Assembly (NCBI RefSeq): GCF_052425735.1
Contig: NC_135758.1
Span: forward strand, 19,406,001 to 19,470,000
Length of the DNA: 64,000 bases
Direction of reading: 5' to 3'
Source of the DNA: Oculina patagonica
Taxonomy: Eukaryota
The translations under genes and the position numbers were made by a program. Under the pieces are notes generated by a model. That model saw only the letters and a list, made by a program, of their open reading frames with translations, had not been told where the DNA came from and did no database searches. Shown in pieces: positions 1 to 13,331 of this stretch; within the stretch, counting starts at the first letter, position 1; every line of letters starts with the position of its first letter.

Positions 1-765
1 ATCTTCGTTCGTTTGTTTTCGTGAAATGTGGTCAAATGCCATAATTCAGAAATTACAGATATATTCTGTAGTGTTTACGAGCTTTGACATTTTTATATCT
101 GAGTGTTCAATTTGATCACGCGAATTTTGGTCAAGCGTCCGAAATATTTACAATACAGTATAAAACTTTGAAGTACTCAAACAAACCCGATGTGACAAGG
201 AAGGGTTTTGAGATGGCAGAAATAGTGGAGGTTGCCACTAAGGAACGTATCGTATCGGCGTATCTGTAAAACCTTGAGGCTGGAGTAGGCCAACATTTTC
301 TCAGAATAATTCGTGTTTGTAGGCGTAAATTTACTGTAAAATTTTTTGAAAGTTATGTATAAGGATAATCGTGGAAGACTAATAATCCAACATAACTGTT
401 TTAACATTCACGAACTCCTGTTGATTTCTCAATTGTTTTGTGTATCATAAACACTTTAACAAACTTTTAGGTTGAAAAGAAAATAGAAATTGATAATGGC
501 ATTAGTTCTTCTCCACCCAAATCCCCTCAGACTCCTCCCCCTCCATCCCTGGCCATTTCACTCCCAGACTATTCGACTCGCGGCCAGTTCCTTCCCGGTT
601 CTTCCAGCCAGAGCCTGTTCACACGTTAAGCTCACAGGCTGGCTATTACTTCAAGCTCTGGATTAATTCTTGTATAATTTAAAACAACAACAACAACAAA
701 CGATTAAGAACTTCATATTGCATTCTATTTGCATGCAGGATGGAATTAAAAATTTTGGCAGTGAG

Positions 766-937
766 CAGTGGCGGATCCAGACCTTCAGGTAAGTGGGGGC
801 CCGGATCATCTAAACCCTGGAAAAAGAGGGGGACCCGCTCTCGAAAATAATTTTTTTCAGCCCTTCTGGCCTCGGTTTGGCCTAAAGGTAATGTGGGGGG
901 CCGGGCCCCCCGGGCACTTCCCCTAGATCCACCACTG
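766..937. mobile_element. Short MITE with CAGTGGCGGATC...GATCCACCACTG termini
   Basis: Inverted termini at 766 and 937; GTGAG directly repeated on both sides (761-765, 938-942). Confidence 0.75.
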
Positions 938-1380
938 GTGAGTCGCCTAAATATTAAAACAAAATGATTTTATTTTAAGGCGTTCACAAACGTAACATGC
1001 AAAGAACAAACAACACACAGCTCCTAAAGCTACGTTGCAAATATAGAGGAAAATATACTAGGAGTAACCAATGGTTAGTAAGTGCGGGCTAGAATCGTCT
1101 TCAGTCTTGGTATTTCGAGTACAACTTTTGCTGATTGTTGAAATTGTTTTGGTTTATTGTAGTCACTCTTTGTTAATAGCATAGCATACATGTTGTTTTT
1201 GGAGAATGTTGAGAGTCTTTTTTTCGTTTTCGTTTAGTGAAGATAGTAATGAAGGGAAAGGAATTTTTTTCCCGGTTTTATTTTGTGGAGCAAACTTTTC
1301 TTCATGCTTTATCGTGAATTAGAACCTATATCGCACAGTCTGTACTGGAAATTAATTAAGTCAGGAAAGTAACGAAATAT

Positions 1381-2116
1381 GAGTCACAAAGCCATTTTTC
1401 CCCGCCGTCAGACAACGCTTTGCATGAGCGTTAACGAAAATGAACTGGCAAAAAAAGTCAATATAAAATATATTTTATGCCGACACAAATTTGACCAAAA
1501 GCTATTAAATTTAACTTTTTGATACAGTAAAGGCATTTTAAAGATTTTTGTGACACTTAAACTTCAGTTTATAATCTTCTACGTTTGAAAACCGGATAAA
1601 ACTGGACGGTTTACAGATCATTTAGAAGAACAATTTTTCTTACATTGCCGACACAGCAAGGTCACGTTTCAGCGATCAAATAACTCCGCGGCCACAGCTC
1701 TTTCAAGTGTTTTTAACTGGCGCAAATTAAACCCTTCCGCAGGTAAGTTATAAATAACGGCTTTGATTCGCTAACCGTTGTAAAAAAACACCATATAAAA
1801 AAGTAAAAGGTACAAAACTTTTATGTTTATGGCGAGCGAGGATTTTGTGACACGTCCGGCAGAAAGCGGGCTATAGCGGTAAACAAATGACGTGAGTTGG
1901 CGTGCGTACAAAATTAATTTCCCAATGGGCACAGGCTGAAATAGCCGCAGACCGTTCAGTTTCATCCGGTTTACAGGTGCAGAAGACATGAAGTCTCACA
2001 AGGTCAAGTCGGCATAAAATTTACCGCCAGTCCATTCCCGCGTTCGCTCATGCGAAACGTCTGACGTACATTCCTTCGAACTTTGGAGCCGGCAGGGAAA
2101 AAAGGCTTTGTGACTC
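1381..2116. mobile_element. Non-autonomous TIR element with long imperfect inverted repeats
   Basis: GAGTCACAAAGCC...GGCTTTGTGACTC termini; inverted similarity continues inward (cgtcagac/gtctgacg, gcatgagcg/cgctcatgc, ttttatgccgac/gtcggcataaaa). No TSD seen. Confidence 0.65.
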
Positions 2117-2136
2117 GTGGCTAAATCCACTTAGTA

Positions 2137-3095
2137 GAGGGTGGTAAAGGGGGGGGGTATAGATCACGTTTCACGAAAAATAAATCGGCCCTTTCACAAT
2201 TCATGAAAAATAATAATGGCATTTCACGCTTCACGAAAAAAAAGGTTTTTCTGACATAAGTAGCATACCATTAAATTTTGAAAAGTTACATCCAAAGCAA
2301 AGCCTTGTTTGAGGTTTTCACTATTCGTCCGCCTTGCGTTCTGGGCGCTTCAAAAACGAAACCAAGCTCTGAGTTCTATGTATGATCAACAGCACCATCT
2401 TCCTTTACTACAAAATCAACAGAATCGCTGTCGGATGAGTCGTCATCGTATTCGGATTGCTGATTGTCTCCTGGGTCTCTTGATGTAGATGCGCCTTCTC
2501 TTCTATCGTCCTCTGATAATCCTGGTTGTTCTTTGAATTCTTACCGTTCTCCTTGATGGGTAGCAGTCTGATACATATTTAGAGGAAGAGTTCCAGCTTT
2601 ATACTTGAAGGTTTCTTATTGGACGTTGCGTTGTCTAACGCTCTTACCGTGTGTGTTTGCCCAGTCTCTCATCAGATCTTGGTCGGCAGGGAGGGTTGGT
2701 GCGACATTCTTGGAAAATCTTGAAGGTGAATTTGTGTTGAGGGCACAGGATAATACGATGTCGTGTGTGTAAAGTAAAAAGCTAACGACTGCGTCATTCG
2801 TTTCGCTGATTCGAGAGCAGTGCTCCCAAAATCCACTCTCCTGTCAGGTCACGCAATATTATTTTTGTCTTTATTACGTAATGACGGATGTTGAAAATAA
2901 AAAAAACATAATAAAAATCACGGTTCACGGCGAAATAAATATCTATTTCTCATTTCGCGAAAAATAATTTTGGAAAATCACGGTTTATGGCTACCATAGA
3001 AATCACGATTCACGAGAAAAAAAATAGTCATTTCACATTTCACGGGAAAAAAAGGGGGCCGATCACGGATCACGAAAATACCCTTTACCACCCTC
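2137..3095. mobile_element. Non-autonomous DNA transposon with decayed coding remnant
   Basis: TIR GAGGGTGGTAAAGGG/CCCTTTACCACCCTC; 6-bp direct repeat TTAGTA on both flanks; subterminal TCACG-rich repeats; interrupted minus-strand coding-like stretch (WANTHGKSVRQRNVQ*ETFKYKAGTLPLNMY) around 2575-2665. Confidence 0.75.
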
Positions 3096-4935
3096 TTAGT
3101 AGAAAGGCTAAATCCACTGCGAAACTGCACTGCGAATCCACTACGAGTACCGTATTTAAACCAACCACATGCACTTTGGAATCCAGTGATATTACTGTTG
3201 CAAATGTCGACTGCAGTCCCGTTGGCAAATTTGTCGAGTGTTTACGTGCCTTACGTGAAAGTTGTTTTTTTCACGTGAAAAAAACATGCCCTGGTTGATG
3301 TTATCTATTCGGTTCCACCGTCGATTGAGTTTGATCGTAGCACGAGTCAAGTTCGAGCCCGAGTCAACTTCGAGTCACGAGTCAAGTTCGAGTCAAGTTA
3401 AATTTCTTTTTTTTTTTTTGCAGTTTTATTTTTAATTGCTGTGTGAAAATTATATACGTACCGGAGGTATAAGAACAGCAAGATTTGAGTCATTTGACCT
3501 CTTCTTTCAGTCACTGTCTGCGACAGTTTAGTCCTGCATTTGTTCGCAACTGCTTTTCAAACGTTCCTCGGCATTCATAAAAGATTTTCCTCACAGATTC
3601 CTACCTGTATTAATTACACACAGCTGAGGCAGAGGTTCCATTTCAACAAGAAAGCGTGAAAATTGACGTGAAGTTAAAAAATATTAGCCCTGCTTCTTGA
3701 CTCGAGCGCCATCTTGTTTTATCCACAGGGATCCCATACAAGAACAAGAACATTGAGAAGCTTGAGAAGCTTAAAATCGGGCGCTTTGCCTTGAAAGGCA
3801 GGGTTCAGTACAGCAGAAACCACGAAGCAGTTACTTAAGTAGCACTCAGTCCGACTGTGTTTGAGTAAGTCACAGGGCTTGCATGAGCTGTATTAGTGTG
3901 CATAATATAATATCTAGAACGTTGTCGAGATTGCATTATTACTTAATGACATGATGGTTTCAATTTATAAATGTATCTCACACAATACAAATAAACGATT
4001 GAAGTAGACGACTAGACAATGTAAATTTTTAAGACTTAGCAAAGTGCAGTGTATTGGTAATACTGTAAGGTGCGGTTTCACCTGAAGGTCGTGTGCTTTT
4101 CGGTATTTTCCACGCATTGCACTTTGATGGGACAGTACTACAACTGTTTACCGGGGAACTACTATTGTCAAGAAAATGATCACAACTTGTTGATGAATGA
4201 TTGAACATTTGTTTCATACCATTACTGCAATAGCAATTGATGAAGGCTTTTAGTCCTGAACCAAAGTATAAGGACTGGGAAATACTGAAACCCATTATCA
4301 GCCACCTTAAACGGAAATATCTTGTTGGTGTTTCAAGGAATCCAAGGAAACTTCACTCATCCCATGTATCTATGTATTGCGGTATTTTGTAATTTTTTGA
4401 GTGATTTTTGGGGATGTTTGGCAGGTGATAGTTTTTTTAAAAGAATTAGTAAAATTTAGACAACTAAGAAATATTGAAAATTTAATGTGAATTTAACATT
4501 GGAATTTGAAGTTAGAAATTGGCAGACGGACACCAAACAGTCCCGTGACATCCTGGAGTGTTTTTGCATGGGGGTCAACTGTGTGATGATGTTTCCATTT
4601 TTTTCTTCAATCCCCACTGATAAAGAACTGTTGTTGGTGTTATGTTGGTGTTATCACATGTCAAGCCTTTAACAAGGTATGAAAGAACACAAGGATTTAA
4701 ATTATTCTGGTGCTCAATTTTTGCGTAACTAAAATTAATGTTACTCAAATTCCTGATGGATTCTGTCTTAAACTGTTACGAGTTTAGTATTTCCAAATTA
4801 TTGCATGTCAATGTAAGGCAAGACAAGACATGCCTTGGTTCTTATGTAATTCTTATGTAATAAGATATTGACTATAATTTTGTCTGTGCTATGGCAATTC
4901 ACAGTGGGGTGGTCTTGATGTGTCTTTAACTTGTA

Positions 4936-5896
4936 GACTGGACTGGACTAGTAAAACGCGGACTAGTAAAACGCGGACTTGTAAAACGCCTCTAGACACT
5001 TCGAATTCCTTGGCCACAATCATCTTACGGCTCTCTTTAATACATAATGTCTCAAAAAAACAGTAACCTCAGAAAGAAGTCAGAAGCAAATAAGGTCGAA
5101 AGACCGAATTTGAACATATAACGGCAAATGTTCTAATGTCACGAACGTAGGAGTCGTGTAGGCCCGTCACCTTTATTTACCACATACTGCCCCCAAATTA
5201 AAACAGTACCCTCAGAAAGAAGTCAGAAGCAAATAAGGTCGAAAGACCGAATTTAAACATTTAACGGCAAATATTCTAATGTCACGAACGTAGGAGTCGT
5301 GTAGGCCCGTCACCTTTATTTACGATTGACTGTTGATTTCTGGACGGGCCCCGTTCTACCTCGTGCGAGCAATACAAACGACTGCACTCAACAGACGTCA
5401 AGTAGTGGAAAGAAAGAAACATATGCACACAACTCATAGCATCAATCCCGTTGTTTTAGTAGGGGTTTGCAGAACGAACATGTGCTATACTGCAAAAACA
5501 TCTCCACGCTAAAACAGACCATAGAGTGCTCAAAAAAGCTAGAAATATGCCGTCGAAGAAACACACAAGAGCTTCAAACACAAATTGTTTCGCTCGCTAA
5601 ACCGTTTAGTTTTATCCGATTTACAAGCGCTTGTTTTACAAGTCCGCGTTCTACAAGTCCGTGCTTAACAAGCCCTCGTTTTACAAGTCCGCGTTTTACA
5701 AGTCCGCGTTTTACTAGTCCTCGTTTTACAAGTCCGCGTTTTACTAGTCCGCCTTTTACAAGTCCGCGTTTTACCTGAGTCCGCGTTTTACTAGTCCACG
5801 TTTTACAAGTCCGCGTTTTACTAGTCCGCGTTATACTAGTCCGCGTTTTACAAGTCCGCGTTTTACTAGTCCGCGTTTTACTAGTCCAGTCCAGTC
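4936..5896. mobile_element. Nested TIR element with a 15-bp subterminal minisatellite
   Basis: Termini GACTGGACTGGACTAGTAAAACGCGG / CCGCGTTTTACTAGTCCAGTCCAGTC; internal direct duplication with 143-bp period (from 5061 and 5204). Confidence 0.75.
5620..5890. repeat. 15-bp tandem minisatellite (AGTCCGCGTTTTACW)n
   Basis: About 17-18 directly visible units; accounts for the repetitive ORFs 5467..5778 and 5574..6098. Confidence 0.95.
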
Positions 5897-8860
5897 CTCG
5901 AAATACAGTATGCCAAAACTCCCCGCCCTCTAAAGATAAGTCCTTGACGGTTCTTGTCGTTTTTCGGTGCCTATTCATCTTCGGCATCTTTCTCATCCAC
6001 CTCTCGTTCTGTCCTGTGTCTGTCATCACACGAAAGAAAAGCTGATTCTCAAAAAATCTGCCACAAAAGGAAATTGACAAAAACAATATGAAAACCATAT
6101 ATCGAAAGTTTCTTATTCTAAAATTTTATCATACGTCTTAATTCAGAGCTACAAAGAAGTTCCTCCTTTTGAGTTATTGATACTGTTCTTACAGTACCTC
6201 TTTCCACTAGCGAAATTTTACAAAATTCCTTCGCGGCGAAAAGGTAGCGCGAATCCAGAACAGACTCCAATCGAGAGTGGGTTAATTCTAGATTACTATT
6301 AATTAACTATTACAACATTCATTTTTGTGTGGACTTTAAAGTCTACACATTGTTGTGATGCAGTTTTTTCCGATTGGGGGGTCACTTTCCGTGATAACTC
6401 GGGTTAGTGCTTTCGGAAGTTTTCGACAGTGATCGGAGAATCCGAAGTTTCGGTGAGATGGGCAGCCAAGGCAGTAAACCCAGAAATTCGATCAGTATCG
6501 AGTAAGTCGCACTTTATTCTTGAATCTAGAAGCCTTTTTGACACATCTTTCGAAGAGCGTGTGGTGGCTGGAAAATATACATCAAGGAACAACTTCAAAG
6601 GCAGCGGTGGCGTAGATGAAAAGTGAAATAACAATCGCGACGGCTGAAATCTGCATATCTAATGAGCTGAACAACTGCGGTCGTAGGCCACGTTTCTTTT
6701 TTTTCACACTTTTGACTCACTTTCCGCAGTGTTTGTTTTTCTGTGCGGCTTGAGCATTTTTGATTCGCATATTAAAACGAATCAAATGTCTGGTTATTTA
6801 TTTCTTTCAGCTTTGCCACACGCAATGAATGCACAACGAGTTGTATCAAAACAAGTTCGCTGATCATGTTGTTTTACTTGTCTTGGACTCCGGGATATAA
6901 TTCACCTGCTCCATTTCTCTCAAGTAGTATATTTAACAAAAGACCGATGTCGAATTTAGAACTGAACTAAAACATTGTCATGAAAAGAATAAAAATAACA
7001 TCGAACCGTAGAATATGCATATATCCAAACCGTGCAACAAAATAATTTAATTGTCAGTTCAAATAACGTCCTTCGCCGCCTCTCAAAACACCGACTCCAA
7101 GTGAATATTTCGTGAACAGAAAAATATATTTCTCCGCCTTTCTACGCAAGCTACTAAGAAGTTATTTGTGAAAGCTTATTGAAACGTTCTTATTCCAAAA
7201 AGGTTAAAAAAAGAACTCATTGAAAGAAAATAAGTTTTTCGATGAGTTGTTTGTTTACACAAGCTTTACACAAAAAGTAAGGGTTGTGTAAACAAGCGAT
7301 GCGAGACAGTTCACGTGCTCCACGCAACATTTCTTTTTTTTTAATGAAAATAGTATCCTATCTTGCTAGCGGTAAGGAAAGGCTTTTGGTCTAATAACTG
7401 CTGTTCTTGTAGGATTCTAGGTTTTTATTTGCATGAAAAAAGTGAACGACGTGACAAAGGGTCACACCACGCTCATTCACATTGCGTGACATCCCAAGCG
7501 GCAATGGTAACGTGTGTTTCTTGAAGCGTAGTACATAAGACAAGTAATAGTACACTTTGTTCTTCCAACAGTCTTGTAAAAAATAAATTGATTGATAAGT
7601 TCTTTGTTTTTTCGCCTTGTATCTCGAATTACTCGATTCGAAACTTGAAGTTGTTGACTGCTACAGTAACTCATTGATTAATTCATAATGTCAACTTTTA
7701 TTCAAATGAAAGTCCACACATGTTCGCATAGCGGACTCACTTTTACTGTTATTAAAATAGTTTCCCAAGCCGACTAAGCTAACTAAACGTCGAGTGTATC
7801 TTTCAGTAAACAAAACATGCCGTTATGACGCCGGAAATCCAGCTCACACATACTATACCCCGAGACTCACGCAAACCTCCGACTTACGTGCTACTACAGT
7901 CATTCCTTTCTAAACATTTTTTTTTTTGACCACCACCGTACCTTTCTACCCAAAAAACTCATGAAACCGCCCGGTTTTAACCTGTTTTAACCTTTCAAAA
8001 ATTAGAGCGTTCGAAACTAAATAAGATCCGTAATCACAAACAACATACAGCCGTTTACCAGCACTCTTTAAAACTCCTGAAACCCTTCAAAATCAGGCAA
8101 AATAAATCTTTGAAATAACCTTTATCAATGTTTCTTATTTTTTATTCAGTTCTATAAAATGCCTTTCATACACTACTGTCAAACAAAAATTTCAATTTCC
8201 TCAAAGTTTCAAGACAAAAGAATAACAAATATTTCGTGCACAATGTAATTTGATTAAGCCAATATTATCACGTCTAAAAATACTTCAAGCAATTCAGTGA
8301 AAACCCGTTTATTTTCGTATCAACGAAAACCACTTTCGAATAATCAATACATGAAAATAACAATAAGATCAAAAGGAAGAAAGGAACCTTTCTAATTATT
8401 TGAAGACTTTCAAAGCCGTGATATTATGCATCCAATCCGCGATAAAATTTAATTACAACAAAATCCAAGTTCTCATTTTGAATTCCATTTTTTTCAGTTG
8501 ATACCTTTATCCAACTTGTGAAAAATTCCATTCAAGTTCCTATTAATACTGTACATTCCCAATGTTTTGCTCAGGTCTTCAGAAGCGTCTTACTAACCAA
8601 ATCTAAAATAATTCCAAAACATGCTGTACAAACATTCTACTCTTTGTGACAAACGACTTGACGACCAATTGTTCAGAAATGAAAATCGACACAGTTCTTG
8701 CTAAATAAAAAAAAAAGTTTTACGGCGGAGTCAGGCTCAAAAAATATACCGCAAGATCACACCCCCATTCATAGTCAGAAACCAGCAAAACCATCTAGTT
8801 TGCTAAAAAAAAAAAACACTGCGTGACATCAATGACGTTACCTTTTTCATTTACAAATAA

Positions 8861-10301
8861 CAGTATGGGGCCCAGTTCTCGGCCGGGTCCAGTTCTCGGC
8901 CACTTTGTGTTTAACGCGTTTTTTCACACTCCAGTTGAATCAAAAGAAAAAGGTATTTCCTTCAAACGATAGACTGATTCATGTGCTTTAAGTATCTTGA
9001 GTTTGATCGTTCAATTCGATATAGAAAGCTCACACGTCGAGTTTACGCGGAGGTAGGTGAATTTGCATTCCCGAAAAAGTTGTTTGTTTACGGCTCCAAA
9101 TTCATGGATGTAGTTAAATTCGTATTTTATCCAAAAGCCCCCACCATACGAGCTAATTTTTGGCATGTGAAACGTAGAATAATTCAGCTTTCTGCTTTAG
9201 TTAACTTTTCGTTGAACCGTTGTATTTTTTGGTCTTAATTTACTTCGAAATTTTTTCTTGCGACGTTTGCGTATTTGCCAGTTCTCGGCCACCCTGCTCG
9301 CTATCACAGCTTAGCGCTTGGTTTTTAATATAATTTCATCTGCTGCTGCCATAATGAAAGAAATAAATGTTTTAAAAATAAAGTTCAATCTTATCTCTAA
9401 GTTTTGAGCTGACTCTTGTCTTGTCTATTATTTCTACAACACCTAAATCTTTCAAGACCTTTTCACTGCAAAATAAACCATCTAAATGCACGGGTCACAC
9501 AATGCGGTTTTGCCAGAACCTGCACATAGGCAACTAGGCGCGTTAAAATCCTTCTTTTCTAAAGTAAAACAAAGCATCATAAAAATAATTTGGGATCGAT
9601 ATAGTATAAATAGGTTTACAGAGTGATTTTATGACTGTGAAAATTAATTGAGCATTTTTTTACAGATAATTACGCACAAGCTTTTTAGTGGCCGAGAACT
9701 GGGCCAAGGTGGCCGAGAACTGCGCCCACAAATGGAGCTTTTATTTTTATTATTGCTCGGGCAAATTAATTTTTGACCGGTCAATAGCTTTACACCAAAA
9801 AGCTGAATAATGTAGCTAGCTCTGGGAGAAATTTCAAGTTCCTGCGGTTCTTCTGAGGTAAGAAATACAAGTTTACGTCAAAAGTGGCCGAGAACTGGGC
9901 CAAGGTGGCCGAGAACTGCGCCCACAAATGGAGCTTTTATTTTTATTATTGCTCGGGCAAATTAATTTTTGACCGGTCGATAGCTTTACACCAAAAAGCT
10001 GAATAATGTAGCTAGCTCTGGGAGAAATTTCAAGTTCCTGCGGTTCTTCTGAGGTAAGAAATACAAGTTTACGTCAAAAGTGGCCGAGAACTGGGCCAAG
10101 GTGGCCGAGAACTGCGCCCACAAATGGAGCTTTTATTTTTATTATTGCTCGGGCAAATTAATTTTTGACCGGTCGATAGCTTTACACCAAAAAGCTGAAT
10201 AATGTAGCTAGCTCTGGGAGAAATTTCAAGTTCCTGCGGTTCTTCTGAGGTAAGAAATACAAGTTTACGTCAAAAGTGGTCGAGAACTGGGCCCCATACT
10301 G
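8861..10301. mobile_element. Nested MITE (Tc1/mariner-pogo-like CAGT termini)
   Basis: CAGTATGGGGCCCAGTTCTCG...CGAGAACTGGGCCCCATACTG; TA follows the right end. Confidence 0.75.
9687..10274. repeat. Three near-identical 196-bp tandem repeats
   Basis: Unit starts AGTGGCCGAGAACTGGGCC at 9687, 9883 and 10079; a fourth start at 10275 merges into the TIR. Confidence 0.95.
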
Positions 10302-11498
10302 TACTTTGCACCGTAAGCTTTTTTCTCTGTCCTTCCGCCGAAGCAAAAAAACACAACCTGATTACACATTAACCCAAAAGTCGACCAAGTGTGCCTGCAA
10401 CGATTTCCTGTCAAAACTAAAATGAAAACCATTGCGGTATGCGTCACCCGTAGCGGTTTTGTAGCAACCCCGAGCTATCCCCGTCTTTTTGGCCGCGCCA
10501 GGAGACTACGCTCTAGGACGACCAAAGGGTAAACCTTAAATCGGCCACGCCCGATTAAATAAAACATTCTAGCCCATTCTCTCCACGGCCAAATTGGTGG
10601 AGGACATGTTGTTTACCTGTCAAACAGTTTATATCATTTCTTGCATCAGAATAATCACGTCCAATGTATTTTTTGTGTGTGTGCGGGTTTTACAGAGAGA
10701 ATTTGTCTAAGATTTCCGAAGCACCTCATAGCTGTGAATGGAAACATCATCAGTCTTGAAAACGCAGCAAACGTTTTGGAAACTTGAACGACAATTCTGT
10801 CGCTGGTGAGTTGAAGAACGAGTGTCAAACCAAACAACTGATGTTTATCTTACCTATGCGACATATGTTTGACAATAACAATTACGGTATAGTCAAACGA
10901 TATTATTGAAAAAAAAAGTGAAAAAAAGTGACTCGAACTTGACTCGTGACTCGAAGTTGACTCGGGCTCGAACTTGACTCGTGCTACGATCAAACTCCCC
11001 TCGGTTCGCGTCGGATCTTAAATGAAGTTCATCCAAACAGTGTTCTATTTGCTGTTCTACAATCTTTTAAATGTACAAATGTACGTTAACACTCCAATGA
11101 TGTGAACTTTGAGTTTGAAAACAGAGTACACTGGCCAACGCGGCGGCCATTTCTTGTTCGAGTAGAAATAGACTCTGATTGGTTTACGAGGATTTATCGA
11201 TCGATTTTGGCAGAACAATCGAGATATGGCGTGCAAATTAGGATTGCGGGCTCTTCTTGAGCCCGCAATTATTGGTGAAAACATCAGAAAAAATACCTAA
11301 GATGAGTCTGTTGTACCTGTTTGAAAATGCTAGCTGCTGTTTGAAAGTGGCAAGTTTTGAATTCTCTTTAATGTTAGCCGTCTTTTTGCTCTTATCTAGA
11401 TCTTGCGGTTGTTTATAACTTTGAAATTGATATTTCATGAATTATTTTTCACAAGAAAACCTAAAAGTTCACCACTTAAAATCACTTATAATCCCGTT

Positions 11499-13331
11499 TT
11501 AATTTTCCTGTACTATGCTAACTTCAATGTACTTAAAGGCTATTTTTTCTGATTTGCTGTCGATGTAAATCTCCAGAAACAAGCCGTTTTGTGGATTCAG
11601 CTTGTGCTGGTAAATCATCTCCCTGCTGAAGCCGCCGTCGAGAGAAACAAAACAGGACCCCCACCGGTCAGACAGGCTCAACAGGGCCTCGATCCTTCCC
11701 GGGTACTTTGACTCGGAAGACTTCGGTAACTCGGAATCCTGGCGACGATGAGCTGCGATCCGGTCACTGGTTCCTTCGAAACCAAGACACGGAGCCCCAG
11801 AATTGAAATTGTTCTTGTCCCGAATCATTGCGCCAATGAAGTACTGCCCATCTGAAATAACATAGGAGGGATCACTTTCTCCTTGACCGATTTCTGTATC
11901 AGTTCCGACCACCATCTTTACAACAAGTTTGGCATCAGAGTCAATGGTTGCTGGTGGAATGAGCGGTACTTTAATCATGCGAGCGTAGTTTTCTGAGGCG
12001 CTCAAAAAGGTCAGCCTTGTGGTGGTGACAGAGTGATGGTGGTGCACAAAAGTAGCTGCTTTCAGTAGTTTCATTGGTGTAAAAACTTGGTAATACCAAA
12101 GTTTTGCCTGGAAACAATAATATAACGACCAATTCAAAATACTTAAATCGCCTGTAAAGTAAAAATAGTAGGGTCAGTAAGGCAGTAATAGATGCTCAAC
12201 ACGACAACGACGACAAGGTTGGCATTTGTATCGATGACTCCTGGCGGAATCAGTGGAACGATCATCAGCCGATAGTGATTGCTTGGAGCGCTGAGGAACG
12301 TGAGTAGTTGAGGAGTGATGGAATTATGGTGATGGATGAAGGTAGCAGCTAAAGCAAACTTCATAGGAGTGAAGAATTTATAAAACACAAGCTGGATAAA
12401 ATAAGACATATAAGAGTCACTTAAATGTTCAGCTACGAAAACAAAAATCATCCAGGCGCCAATTATTTTAGTCCAAAGTCGGTACTAAGATCAAAAAGTA
12501 CAATTTGCTATTAATATTAAGTCTATTAACGTTACTAGTTTGTCCGGTGACTGAGAAATTTTCTCCTCTCCCAATCTCTAAACTTCTTCGGGTCCAATGA
12601 AATCTGTAAGTCCATGTTTAATATTGTAACTTTGGTTACCCATAATTGGAATGAAATGGGCAGCAATTTTTTTAAGGATAGTAAAAACATCTAAAATTTA
12701 GATAAAAAGCTTTAGGTGCAACAGCTCTCTGTTTATTGAGAGGTATAAAACTGGAGGAGAATGACTGTAACTCGGCAAATTATCTGTGTAATATAATATT
12801 TTGAATCTTAAACAAAATTCGGTAAAGAGATTCTAAATTGAAACAAACCGAGCCTACATGCCTTAAACTTCTTAGATGATATGCAAAAAACCAAAAGCTC
12901 AACTCTCATAGTGAAATCCCACTGCTTCCATGCCTCCTTCCCCCTCCAAGGTCAAAGGCCAACTTCTTTGGCTTAGCTTGAACATGTAACTTCGCATGTT
13001 TTTGCTTTAGGGCCGTGAAGCGATGGAAAAGACGGGAAGAACTCTTTCCAGTAAACAGCTTACTTATTGTTGGTTTTCTTTACAACATCTATGACTTGTT
13101 ATGATTTAGTGACGATTCCGAACTACGCTAAAAAGCATCGGAATAGAAGATGAAATGCTGGTCGTCATAATAGATTGCGAGTTAGTTATGATACGATTAT
13201 AGAACGGCTGTCACGTTTAGTGCCTGTCTATCTTTAAACGACAATAAAATATTCACCTGAGGATCAGCTATGGCGCTGTGAATCGTTAGAATGGTGAGCA
13301 TGATAAGGGTAGTTCGTATCATGTTGTCCAT
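11499..13331 (-). CDS. Secreted array protein, divergent copy C (~227 aa)
   Basis: Exon 1 13331-13257 MDNMIRTTLIMLTILTIHSAIADPQ (signal-peptide-like, CAG|GTGAAT, phase 0); exon 2 12107-11499 (ttgtttccag|GCA) AKLWYYQVFTPMKL...EVSIVQEN*, homologous to the other array cores. Confidence 0.75.
12209..12391 (-). pseudogene. 3'-truncated core-exon fragment inside the intron of copy C
   Basis: LVFYKFFTPMK...DTNANLVV nearly identical to copy A1, with intact acceptor and A-type intron flank; homology stops abruptly near 12209. Confidence 0.85.

Larger units (their letters stand above)
3327..10997. mobile_element. ~7.7-kb TIR-bounded element carrying nested insertions
   Basis: ~68-bp perfect inverted repeat GAGTTTGATCGTAGCACGAGTCAAGTTCGAGCCCGAGTCAACTTCGAGTCACGAGTCAAGTTCGAGTCA at 3327-3395 and 10929-10997. 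No intact transposase ORF or TSD seen. Confidence 0.65.

Noticed and set aside
5467-6098. Repetitive ORFs (FTSPR)n / (KRGLV)n
   Set aside because: They are translations of the 15-bp minisatellite inside a TIR element.
9687-10274. CRISPR-like regular repeats (also 39690-41710)
   Set aside because: The units are whole tandem duplicates with no unique spacers, no cas genes are present, and the context is eukaryotic.
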